Shown here: piece after piece, positions 9,659-18,642 of the stretch
Position numbering within the stretch: the first letter of the stretch is position 1
Layout: each line of letters opens with the position of its first letter
From: Bacteroidia bacterium
GTDB taxonomy: Bacteria > Bacteroidota > Bacteroidia > CAILMK01 > JACPUW01
DNA: 64,000 nucleotides
Assembly: GCA_049115495.1 (NCBI GenBank)
Contig: JAGDZV010000001.1
Location: forward strand, 705,907 to 769,906
Direction: 5' to 3'
Notes under the pieces: model-generated
Told to the model about the DNA's origin: nothing
Database searches by the model: none
The model's input: the letters and a program-made list of their open reading frames with translations, nothing else
Made by a program: the position numbers and the translations under genes

Positions 9659-10231
9659 TTAACTTAAGAATCGGATTAGCATTGGGTACTTTATCGATTT
9701 TCCATTATGATATCTCAAAGAATTAGAAATTGCAATGATAAAATTCATGAAATACATTACGCCTATTATCATAAATAGACCAGAAAAAGAAACATTTGAC
9801 AGCTCGAGTTTTGAAACAATAAAAAGGCCAATAACTATCACAAACAAAAGCAATGTCCAGGATAATTGAAAATTTAAAATAGACTTACCAACGCGATCTA
9901 TATTTTTTACCTTATCTTTTTTTGAGATCCAGATTATTAATGGGATTAATATCCCAAGAAATGGAAAAATTATAAAGCTCAGTTGGGACAGATTTAATCT
10001 TAAAAGGGCCTCACTATCTTCAGTAATTTGCCAATCCATTAATTCGTTGGGGGTGACACTTAAAGCATTTGACAATCGTTTAGTAGAATCTCCTGTAGGT
10101 TGACTTTCACCGTTTTCAACTCTTTGGATAGTTCTTAAACTTAAGCCTGATTCTTCAGCTAAAAACTCTTGAGACATACCTTTTTGTTTTCTCAATTCTT
10201 TTATCCTTGATCCTAAGAGATTCTTATTCAT
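9659..10231 (-). CDS. XRE-family HTH transcriptional regulator with C-terminal transmembrane domain
   Basis: N-terminal HTH_XRE signature (RIKELRKQKGMSQEFLAEESGLSLRTIQRVENGES), then about four predicted TM helices. Confidence 0.65.
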   Translation of the reverse strand: MNKNLLGSRIKELRKQKGMSQEFLAEESGLSLRTIQRVENGESQPTGDSTKRLSNALSVTPNELMDWQITEDSEALLRLNLSQLSFIIFPFLGILIPLIIWISKKDKVKNIDRVGKSILNFQLSWTLLLFVIVIGLFIVSKLELSNVSFSGLFMIIGVMYFMNFIIAISNSLRYHNGKSIKYPMLIRFLS

Positions 10232-10775
10232 TTTCTAATGTTTTAGTTCTAATGATAACTCCTGTTCTATTTCTCAATATAGCAAGTGTAATTGAACCTA
10301 AAATAAATCCTGGAATTATTTGAATTAGAGAGCCAAAGCCAACTTGATTTAGTATCGCTTGGCCAAAACTATTAAAAAAGTCTCCATAATGAGTCCCTAT
10401 TTCCCATCTAGTATCGATCCACCAAAGCAAAGCAACAGGAAATCTTGAAAAAGGCGAATACATCAGTAATGCTAGGAACAGAATAAGATAGGAATCTTTT
10501 GTATTGGATAATTTTACTCCCCAATAAATTGAAAATCCTATTGTAAGCCAGAGTAAACCAAAAATAAAAATGGCACTTTCTGGTAATCCATAGAGTTCGA
10601 GGCTAAAACGAATTGGGGTTAAAATAATCGCAATTAGAATAGCTTTTTTGGCTAATTGAAAGGCTTTTTCGAAGGTCGAATTTGAAATGTTACTGTTTAC
10701 TTTATTCATTAATATAAATATGATTAATTGTATGAAGCAAAAGTAAATTTGGTTGATAGACATTGATGTCGTCAT
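10224..10775 (-). CDS. integral membrane protein
   Basis: 183 aa with several hydrophobic helices. It overlaps the downstream XRE gene by 8 nt, so they share an operon. Copy 3 of the upstream repeat lies 5'. Confidence 0.45.
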   Translation of the reverse strand: MTTSMSINQIYFCFIQLIIFILMNKVNSNISNSTFEKAFQLAKKAILIAIILTPIRFSLELYGLPESAIFIFGLLWLTIGFSIYWGVKLSNTKDSYLILFLALLMYSPFSRFPVALLWWIDTRWEIGTHYGDFFNSFGQAILNQVGFGSLIQIIPGFILGSITLAILRNRTGVIIRTKTLENE

Positions 10776-10807
10776 CCTTATGACATCTTTACGTCATCTA
10801 TGTTTTA

Positions 10808-10896
10808 ATTGGCCACAACTTATTTATATCCCTAAAAAAGTAACGCAAATCCCTAAAAACTTTAGGGACAAACTGACCTTGAGCACAAAACAATCT
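10808..10896. repeat. conserved upstream promoter/operator-like element, copy 3 of 3
   Basis: AATTGGCCACAACTTATTTATATCC...AAAAGTAACGCAAATCCCTAAAAACTTTAGGGACAAACTGACCTTGAGCACAAAACAATCT, near-identical to copy 2. Confidence 0.5.
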
Positions 10897-10954
10897 TTAT
10901 ATTAAACAGGCCCGAATTTTGAATCAAAGATTTTTTCAAACATTGAAACGCCCA

Positions 10955-10981
10955 TAAAAAAAGCCGCTTTGCAGCGGCTTT
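10955..10981 (-). terminator. rho-independent terminator
   Basis: GCCGCTTTGCAGCGGC hairpin. On the minus strand it is followed by an 8-nt T-run, downstream of gene 11010-11435. Confidence 0.55.
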
Positions 10982-11009
10982 CATATTAAGGCATTATGAG
11001 GTGAGAGTG

Positions 11010-11399
11010 TTATTCTAGGGTAAATGTTGCAGTTGCCGTATGACTCTCAGTACAGTCATGGTCTTCGCATGTAACTGCTTCAAGAGTAAAGCTAGTTCCA
11101 GATGCATAAGATGATATATCTACAGTTTGCTTAAACACGTAGTTAGCTTCATGATCATGTCCATCATAGTCAATAATTAGCTCAGCAGGTGTGTCAGTTG
11201 GGTATAGCTTAATTTCTACTTCGTGAAGCTCTTCTTCACTTTCAAAGTCAATTTCAACTTCTAATGCAGCTGCATCAGCTGTTGCTACAACCGCACCGTC
11301 AGTAGGGTTGTGAAAATGTACTTCAACTTCGTGACTATCGCCACATGCACCCAAAAAAGCAACAGATACTATTAATGCTAATACAAAAAGGTTTTTCAT
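11010..11399 (-). CDS. His/acidic-rich lipoprotein, possible metal-binding
   Basis: Signal peptide plus lipobox (FLGAC). Two half-repeats containing HEVEVHFH, HEVEIK and DGHDHE. Start taken at MKNLFV. Confidence 0.4.
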   Translation of the reverse strand: MKNLFVLALIVSVAFLGACGDSHEVEVHFHNPTDGAVVATADAAALEVEIDFESEEELHEVEIKLYPTDTPAELIIDYDGHDHEANYVFKQTVDISSYASGTSFTLEAVTCEDHDCTESHTATATFTLE

Positions 11400-11487
11400 T
11401 TTAATTGAATTGTGTTTGCTTGCACAATAGTACAATTAAATTGTAAATGCAACAATGTTGCATTTACTATAACGCATTTTATTTTGT

Positions 11488-12198
11488 CTATTCCTTTGTT
11501 TGGTGCGCTATCACGTAGCCATCAATACCTTTTGACTTAACAGAAACTAGATAAAGTTCTGCACTTGCTTTGTTCTCAAAATTGCCCACAACTATTCTAA
11601 AGTACCTTTTACCTTTTACCATTGCCGTATTAACATACAGGTCAGGGAATCCCAGTTTTTCCAGTTCTTCTAGTTTCTTAAGCAGTGATAAAAAGTCAGT
11701 AAAAGAACCTACCTGCACCCCATAACCTAATAAACCAGATGTAGTACTTACGTTAACCTTAAAAGTGCCATCGCCACGTACTTTCAATCCTTCATATGGG
11801 TCTCTTTCTTCAACTACCTTTTCAATTGGTTTATCTTCACTTAACGCTTCTTTTTTCTCAATAATTTCAACCTTTACATCAACCACCCCGGCTGTTACCA
11901 TTTGCAAATCAATGGCGGCCTGTTTTGATAAGTCAATTATTCTCTGATCTTTTCCGAATGGTCCTCTATCGTTAATTCTAACCTCTACCGATTTTCCATT
12001 CCATAAATTGGTAACTTTTACCCAAGTACCAAAAGGTAATGTGCGGTGTGCAGCTGTAAATGCAAACTTGTCGTATCTGTCGCCAGAAGCCGTTTCGTTG
12101 CCGTGAAGCTTGTCGTTATAAAAACTTGCCTGCCCCTCATAAACCTGAGCCATTAAATAAGATGGTGCTAGGAGAAAAAACCAAATAACGTATTTCAT
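11488..12198 (-). CDS. rlpA: septal ring lytic transglycosylase RlpA-like (DPBB domain) with C-terminal SPOR domain
   Basis: A signal peptide is followed by the double-psi beta-barrel motifs (ASFYNDKLHGNETASG, RINDRGPF), then a SPOR-like C-terminus (YFRIVVGNFENKASAELYL). Confidence 0.6.
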   Translation of the reverse strand: MKYVIWFFLLAPSYLMAQVYEGQASFYNDKLHGNETASGDRYDKFAFTAAHRTLPFGTWVKVTNLWNGKSVEVRINDRGPFGKDQRIIDLSKQAAIDLQMVTAGVVDVKVEIIEKKEALSEDKPIEKVVEERDPYEGLKVRGDGTFKVNVSTTSGLLGYGVQVGSFTDFLSLLKKLEELEKLGFPDLYVNTAMVKGKRYFRIVVGNFENKASAELYLVSVKSKGIDGYVIAHQTKE

Positions 12199-12256
12199 GA
12201 AAAAAACTGAATGAATAATCAGTGGGCTACAATGTTACGCCCGAGTGATACAATTT

Positions 12257-12583
12257 CTATTCATCGCCCAAATGCTTTACCAAAATATTATGACAGTTAT
12301 CGTCAATCTTAATTTGGCAAGCAAGCCTAGACTCATCAGTTAGATTATATAAAGTATCAAGCATGGCCCACTCATCATCAGTAGCCGGTTCTCCTACTTT
12401 ATCAAATCCTTCTTTTACCGTTACATGGCAAGTAGCACATAGGGCCATTCCTCCACAAGTTGCCAGCACAGGATATCCACTTCCTTTAAGCACTTCCATT
12501 AAGTTGAGTGCCATATCAGTTGGCGCTTCTAGTTCGGCTATGTTGCCATCTTCTTCTTCAACTCTAATTTTAACTATATCCAC
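12257..12583 (-). CDS. 2Fe-2S ferredoxin (adrenodoxin type)
   Basis: Cys ligand pattern CGGMALCATCHV plus ...RLACQ. 108 aa. Confidence 0.7.
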   Translation of the reverse strand: MDIVKIRVEEEDGNIAELEAPTDMALNLMEVLKGSGYPVLATCGGMALCATCHVTVKEGFDKVGEPATDDEWAMLDTLYNLTDESRLACQIKIDDNCHNILVKHLGDE

Positions 12584-12662
12584 AAGGAAATTTTAAATTC
12601 TGAATTATAAATTTTAAATGAACCCATTAACTAATAACATGTAACAATTAACAAACTACCAA

Positions 12663-13670
12663 CTAAAACCCATTAACTCCATTTACTGTGGTGTACTTTA
12701 AATTGAATTTTCGATCTGGATTTAATCTTTTCCATGCGCTTTGAGCCATTAGTGCAGCTTCATGATAACCACAAAGAATCAGTTTAAGTTTACCGGGGTA
12801 TGTATTTATATCGCCTATGGCATAAACACCAGGCACGTTGGTTTGATAGTCTAATGTATTATCCACCTTTATCGCATTATCTTCAATTTCTAAACCCCAA
12901 TCGGCCAAAGGACCGAGCTCTGGCTTAAGACCAAATAATGGAATGAAATTATCAACCTCTACATGGGTTGGCCAGCCTTCTTTATTGGTAATTACCAAAT
13001 GATCTAACTTGCCGTTACCTTTTAACTCGGTAACATTTGAATCTAAATGAAGATTGATTTTGCCTTGCTCGGCGAGTTTAAAAACTTTTTCTACTGAATC
13101 TGGCGCACCTCTAAAACGCTTTGTTCTATGTACCAATGTTAATTCTGAAGCCAATTCGCTCAAAAACACTGTCCAATCTAAGGCAGAATCTCCGCCGCCA
13201 GCCAAAACAAGCTTTTTTCCTGTATATACTTCCGGGTCTTTCACAAAGTAGTCAACCCCTTTTTGTTCAAAGTCTATAAGGTTTTCGATAGGCGGTTTTC
13301 TTGGTTCAAAAACTCCTAATCCACCTGCAATTACAATAACTTTTGAGTGAATTTCGTCTCCCCCAGTAGTATAGGTCACAAATTCATTATCGCCTAATTT
13401 GTCCATTTTCTCGGCCTTTTGCCCAAGAGACCATGTTGGCTTAAAAGGCGCAATCTGCTCCATTTGATTTTTAACCAAATCACCTGCCAAAATTTCTGGA
13501 TAACCAGGAATATCATAAATTGGCTTTTTAGGATAAATCTCTGTTAATTGTCCACCTGGTTGAGGAAGTACATCAACCAAATGGCATTTCATACCTAAAA
13601 GGCCAGCTTCAAAAACAGCAAAAAGACCTACGGGCCCCGCTCCTATTATGCAGATATCGGTGTTTATCAT
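12663..13670 (-). CDS. ferredoxin-NADP+ reductase (thioredoxin-reductase-like FNR)
   Basis: Two dinucleotide-binding motifs (CIIGAGPVG, LAGGGDSALD). ~335 aa, matching YumC-type FNRs. It is adjacent to the ferredoxin gene. Confidence 0.7.
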   Translation of the reverse strand: MINTDICIIGAGPVGLFAVFEAGLLGMKCHLVDVLPQPGGQLTEIYPKKPIYDIPGYPEILAGDLVKNQMEQIAPFKPTWSLGQKAEKMDKLGDNEFVTYTTGGDEIHSKVIVIAGGLGVFEPRKPPIENLIDFEQKGVDYFVKDPEVYTGKKLVLAGGGDSALDWTVFLSELASELTLVHRTKRFRGAPDSVEKVFKLAEQGKINLHLDSNVTELKGNGKLDHLVITNKEGWPTHVEVDNFIPLFGLKPELGPLADWGLEIEDNAIKVDNTLDYQTNVPGVYAIGDINTYPGKLKLILCGYHEAALMAQSAWKRLNPDRKFNLKYTTVNGVNGF

Positions 13671-13762
13671 CTTCTAATTCTCAAAAATCGCACAAATGTA
13701 TGTGAGCCAAAGTTTATTGGAGCATGACCTGTATCAGCTTTGAATGTGATTTAGGCTACACT

Positions 13763-14470
13763 TTAGTTCAATACCCCTCTAATTACGTGCAGAGACTTCA
13801 ATTCTCTGAAGCCACCTACGTGATAGGCAAAAAAATCAATGAGTTTATCAAGCAATTGTGCTCTTAACTGCTTTGGTTTTTCATTTATTTTAGAATTAGC
13901 CATTAGCGCTACCAACAATTGTGTTTCATCACTACTCAAAATTTCTTTTTCTGATAATGGAACATTGGTAAACACCCCTTCTCTAAGATGAAAAAATCTT
14001 GCGGTTTGGGTTTCGGTTGGAGCAAAACCCAACAATTGTGCAAGCTCAATTAAAAACAAATGAGCCCAGTAGGTATTTGATTCTGCACTTACTTCAAGTT
14101 TCAATATTTTTTGATACAACCAATCAAAGAGTTCTTGATCTTGCTCTGTGTTATTTAAAACATTTTGAAGCACCTCACATGCAAAAATTGACAAACTTGA
14201 TTTTACAATATCAGTTTGTATACTAGCCATTGGAGGTGATGGCTTCGCTTCTTTTAGGGTGTGAAGCTGCCTATTCTCTTTGTAATAATAAACCAACTCA
14301 AGCAAGCTAAAAGATTGTAGCATTGAAACACTAATTCGAGCTTTTTTGCGATAAGCTCCTTGAATTATAAAAGAACACAAACCGTGATCTTTTGTAAAAA
14401 CCTTCGCAATTACGCTGGTATCTCCGTATTTAATAAAGCCCAGAACAATTCCAAAGCCATTTACGATCAT
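13763..14470 (-). CDS. recO: DNA repair protein RecO
   Basis: Size (~235 aa) and RecO-like N-terminal OB region (IVLGFIKYGDTSVIAKVFTKDHGLCSFIIQGA). Neighbouring genes are consistent with a housekeeping context. Confidence 0.55.
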   Translation of the reverse strand: MIVNGFGIVLGFIKYGDTSVIAKVFTKDHGLCSFIIQGAYRKKARISVSMLQSFSLLELVYYYKENRQLHTLKEAKPSPPMASIQTDIVKSSLSIFACEVLQNVLNNTEQDQELFDWLYQKILKLEVSAESNTYWAHLFLIELAQLLGFAPTETQTARFFHLREGVFTNVPLSEKEILSSDETQLLVALMANSKINEKPKQLRAQLLDKLIDFFAYHVGGFRELKSLHVIRGVLN

Positions 14471-16746
14471 TATCTAATGATCATAATTTTAGAAATATGA
14501 GTTTTTTTTCCATCTCTATCGCTAGAAAATGCGAGATAAACACCTGATGACACATCTCTACCACCAAAGGTTCTACCATACCAAACTGCTGTACCGCCTT
14601 GGGCAGTTGTCTCAAAAACCAAGTTTCCGTTTAGGTCTGTTATTTTAACATTAGCATTTTCTACCAAACCCGTAATGGCAATTGGCCCTTCATAACCTGG
14701 TTCTACAGGGTTAGGATATACATAAATACCTTCAGCATTTCCAGAGCCTTCTGTGGCCACTGCTCTATACGAGATAATGCCTTTATCAGTTGCTAAAAAA
14801 ACTTCGCCAGTACCACCATCAATGCCAATTCTTCTAACAACATTGCTCAGTATAGGACTATTCTCTGCGTTAAATCTGTAAATGATTTCATCACCATCTT
14901 CATTGGTTACAAATACACCATTATCAGTTCCAAACCATTTTTGATTTGCCCCATCAATGGTAATACAATTCACTTTTTGACCTTCAAGCAAATACCCCAC
15001 AGCATCTCCTTCTTGAATTAATGGTCTTGATGCATCAAAACTTGAATTACCATCAGTAGCAAATACATTTTGAGGAGAATAAATAACCGCTACGCCATCT
15101 CCCGTTCCTATCCAAATATCACCGTCTTTGTCAAGAGTCATACTATAAACATCTGATGCAGGTAAATTTCCGTTACCTACCGATTGGTCTACCCTCCTTA
15201 CCTTATCGTCGCTCTTATTCATTGGGGTGCCACCATCATTAAAAACATAAATTCCATCAAGGTGTATGGCTACCCATTTTTGTCCTTCAGCATCGCACAA
15301 TACTTCTGTAACCCGTTTTTCATTTCCTAAATTAAATGATTGCCATTTACCATTGGCTAACCTTACGGCCAATTGGTTTTCGGTGTATTGTAAGCTCATC
15401 CAAAGATTACCTTGGGTATCAAGGTCTATACCAGCCATCATAATCCATGCTTCAGGATCTGTGCTATTGTTTTGGCGTCCTAGAATACCTTCAGTATTAT
15501 CATAATCATATACCGTAATATTATCATCGGCATCAAATACGGCCAAGCCCTTGTTGTAACTGGCTACATACTTTGTATTTGTAGACGCATCAATTCTAAC
15601 CCTGTGTAAGTCTCTTAAAGGCGTAAGTTCTGTTCTATTTACCCCGTTAAAATTGAACCACCTTTGCTCTTTAAAAACGTAAATACCATTGTTTAAAAAT
15701 CTGGGATTATAGGCTAAATTAACGCCGCCAGAAGCTACCCAAAGTTGGCCATTGGCATAAGCAAAATCCCACGCCGATGGGCCCGCCGGACCATTTGGTG
15801 TAGCAAACCTTCTTTGTGTTTCAAGCTTAACCAATCCATTGGTTACGTTTGATATCCAAACCATGCCATTCTTATCTATTAGGCCATGGCTTGGTGAGTT
15901 TGTTTCAACGGAATCAGCGCTATAGTCTTCTTCAAAAAAGAGCAGATTAATTCTCTTAGTAACGGCTAGTTTGCCGTTTTGTATATCCATATGTCTAACC
16001 TGTGCCCATGGCATAGGTGCAAAATCTGTAAAGTTTGTGCCATCATATTGCAATACCCTATTATCTCCAAGGTGCATAATCAGCTTTTCATTAAAAACCT
16101 GCATGGCATGGCATTCCATACTCATTTCGGTACGCCAAAACGAAAAATCTAAAAGATTATCTTGCAAACTGCCAGAACGCAAACCTTGATCGGTGCTTAT
16201 ATACACCCTGTTTTGAAAAACTGCTACATCGTTAATGGCCAACTGATTGCCTCTTTCATCAAGATTTATGTATGATTCTCTAATTTCTCTTTTTTCAATA
16301 TCGTAAACTACAACCCCAAAGTTTGTAGCCATATAAGCCAATCCATTTGAAAAATAAAAGTTCTTTACCCTTTTGTCGCCAATTATTGAACTAGCATTTG
16401 ATATGTAAGGAATAGGCACAATATAGTCAGCTCCTAGCATATCTAGCTGTCCATCTTCATAGGCTACAAATACATTATTAGTTAAAGGGTCATAGTCTAT
16501 GGTTTCAATTTCAACCCCGCTTAGGCCATCAACACGGCTAAAGGTGGTCATGGTATTATCGGTTTTGTGAATATGAAAAAGACCATATTGCGTGGCGCAA
16601 TAAATAAAATCTTCGGCTTCAACCGATTTTTTAGCTGCCTTGTAGTTGAGATGAGAACGCCACTCTCCTATTTGCACTTGCGCTACTAAACCCGTAAATG
16701 TTAAAATGCTTGCTATGAAAAAGACTACACTTTTAGTTTTTATCAT
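14470..16746 (-). CDS. T9SS C-terminal-domain secreted beta-propeller protein (PorZ-like?)
   Basis: A signal peptide is followed by repeated beta-propeller blades (YxW/G-rich). The C-terminus carries a Por_Secre_tail-type CTD (GIYVYPNPVEPGY...VKITDLNGNLVFE...GVYLAFSSDRDGKKTHISKIMI). Confidence 0.55.
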   Translation of the reverse strand: MIKTKSVVFFIASILTFTGLVAQVQIGEWRSHLNYKAAKKSVEAEDFIYCATQYGLFHIHKTDNTMTTFSRVDGLSGVEIETIDYDPLTNNVFVAYEDGQLDMLGADYIVPIPYISNASSIIGDKRVKNFYFSNGLAYMATNFGVVVYDIEKREIRESYINLDERGNQLAINDVAVFQNRVYISTDQGLRSGSLQDNLLDFSFWRTEMSMECHAMQVFNEKLIMHLGDNRVLQYDGTNFTDFAPMPWAQVRHMDIQNGKLAVTKRINLLFFEEDYSADSVETNSPSHGLIDKNGMVWISNVTNGLVKLETQRRFATPNGPAGPSAWDFAYANGQLWVASGGVNLAYNPRFLNNGIYVFKEQRWFNFNGVNRTELTPLRDLHRVRIDASTNTKYVASYNKGLAVFDADDNITVYDYDNTEGILGRQNNSTDPEAWIMMAGIDLDTQGNLWMSLQYTENQLAVRLANGKWQSFNLGNEKRVTEVLCDAEGQKWVAIHLDGIYVFNDGGTPMNKSDDKVRRVDQSVGNGNLPASDVYSMTLDKDGDIWIGTGDGVAVIYSPQNVFATDGNSSFDASRPLIQEGDAVGYLLEGQKVNCITIDGANQKWFGTDNGVFVTNEDGDEIIYRFNAENSPILSNVVRRIGIDGGTGEVFLATDKGIISYRAVATEGSGNAEGIYVYPNPVEPGYEGPIAITGLVENANVKITDLNGNLVFETTAQGGTAVWYGRTFGGRDVSSGVYLAFSSDRDGKKTHISKIMIIR

Positions 16747-16807
16747 TTGCTTTAGTTTTTAGCGATACAGTAACGCCAAATGTTAATTTTTATTTGCTTG
16801 CACGAAT

Positions 16808-18079
16808 TTAATCATGAGCATGGTTCGAAAACTCGAAATATTTCAGGGCTTTGTGAGCATTCTGTTCTATTTCTAAGTTAAAATCTTGTTGAACTGTTCC
16901 TTCATTCAACGCTTTACCTAAATATAAACCTCCATTATTTGAGCGCATACCAGGATAAAAGAAAAACTTGGCGCCGCCTTTATAAAACTTGGTTGTATTC
17001 ATTTCGTCTCCAAAACTTGTTTTTGAAACAATTGAAGGGGCCATTGCATAGAAAACAGGAACCGCAAACGCAAGGCCATAAGATAGAAGCAGTCTAGATT
17101 TCTTTTTAGCAACAAAGTTGTTTACCAAAAGGCCAAACATAATTAGTAGCACAAAATAGGCTGGTAAAAAGAAAACGTGATTATCACTTACATTATACCT
17201 TGCTGCAAATCCATACACTACAAAACCTAGTATAAATAATCCCCAATGCAAGCTCTTTTCTACCGCTGGTTTAAAAGCTGCAATAATTAATAGGATGGCC
17301 AACGGACCAAAATTGAAAAACAAAAGTGCAAATGATTTTAACGTGCCGCTCAAAATGGTTTGCGCACTTAAATCTAGAACTTCATCTTTAAAGCTATTGT
17401 CAAACAGCACACTTTGAATGGTATTGGTTTCAAACACAATGGGTAAAACAAATAATATTGATGTGGGCACCAAAAATGACAATAGGTACCGAGCCCAATA
17501 TTTTGCCTTGAAACTAAACGCCAAATATCCCCAATAGGCCAAAAAAGGGAAATAAAGGAGCTGCTGTACATGTATCATCATGGCTACTCCTAAAAGAAAG
17601 GCCGACTGGAATAGATAGCGTTTATCTCTTTTTTTATGCCACTTTACGTACCATAATATGATGAAAGAAGTGAATGCAAGGTTTAACGTGTAAACCTCAA
17701 TTATTTCTGCATGGCGCCAAAAAGTGAAAGAGACACCCAACAGCAGCATGGTTAAAAACCTTATTTCTACTTTAACCAATAAGATTTTCAAAATTTTTGA
17801 AAGCATATAGAGACATAATACCGCGGGCAAAATTGATAACATTTGAAAAGCAAGATGAGATCCTTCAAAACCCGTGGGCCATGAAACCAAATGCAGTATG
17901 TTTATATATAAGAAGTGGTTGGTAGCGTTGGTTGAAATATCAAAACCGTTTAAGGCCGCCACTGAAAAACTAAGGGCATCGCCAAGTGCCGGCTCTTTAC
18001 TACGCTCAAAAAAATAAAGCGCCAAAAAAAGTAGCAATAACAATCTTTCACAATATGCACGGAACCAATATATAAGCAA
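16808..18079 (-). CDS. polytopic membrane protein, putative glycosyltransferase (DUF2723/PMT-like)
   Basis: More than 10 hydrophobic helices across 423 aa, in the general layout of GT-C-like membrane glycosyltransferases. Confidence 0.4.
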   Translation of the reverse strand: MLIYWFRAYCERLLLLLFLALYFFERSKEPALGDALSFSVAALNGFDISTNATNHFLYINILHLVSWPTGFEGSHLAFQMLSILPAVLCLYMLSKILKILLVKVEIRFLTMLLLGVSFTFWRHAEIIEVYTLNLAFTSFIILWYVKWHKKRDKRYLFQSAFLLGVAMMIHVQQLLYFPFLAYWGYLAFSFKAKYWARYLLSFLVPTSILFVLPIVFETNTIQSVLFDNSFKDEVLDLSAQTILSGTLKSFALLFFNFGPLAILLIIAAFKPAVEKSLHWGLFILGFVVYGFAARYNVSDNHVFFLPAYFVLLIMFGLLVNNFVAKKKSRLLLSYGLAFAVPVFYAMAPSIVSKTSFGDEMNTTKFYKGGAKFFFYPGMRSNNGGLYLGKALNEGTVQQDFNLEIEQNAHKALKYFEFSNHAHD

Positions 18080-18151
18080 AGGCGTCTATTCAACGTTATT
18101 TAACAACTCTCAAAGTAAGTATTTATAGATTTGCCAAACACAATTTAGATT

Positions 18152-18625
18152 ATGGAAATTAAGAATCTAGTAACACTTGTAATATTTAGCATAGTAGCAT
18201 TTTTATTGGCTTTTAGATACCCAAGCAACAAGGAGCTTGAATGGTATGATTGGAATGAAGGTTATGCCTTGGCAAAAAAGAACAACAAAATTATTTTGGT
18301 TGATGCCTATACTGATTGGTGTGGATGGTGTAAAAAAATGGATAAGGACACATATGCAAAGCAAAATGTGATCAGTTACATAAACAAGCATTTTGTTCCT
18401 ATCAAATTTAATCCTGAATTAAAGCAGAAATATAATATTGGGGAAAATGAAATTAAACCGAGAGAGCTCTTAGGAAGCCTTAGTGGTGGTCAAAATGTGG
18501 GTTACCCAACCACTTTTTTCTTAAGTTTAGAAAAAAATCAGGTGCAAATGGAAAGTGGTTATAAAAATGCTGAACAGTTTATGCGCATTCTTGAAGAAAA
18601 AGTAAAATGGGCTAAAGGCGAATAG
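18152..18625 (+). CDS. thioredoxin-fold protein (CxxC)
   Basis: N-terminal TM/signal segment, then YTDWCGWCKKMD, a thioredoxin-like CxxC motif. Confidence 0.55.
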   Translation: MEIKNLVTLVIFSIVAFLLAFRYPSNKELEWYDWNEGYALAKKNNKIILVDAYTDWCGWCKKMDKDTYAKQNVISYINKHFVPIKFNPELKQKYNIGENEIKPRELLGSLSGGQNVGYPTTFFLSLEKNQVQMESGYKNAEQFMRILEEKVKWAKGE

Positions 18626-18642
18626 CCTTATATCTTTGCGGC

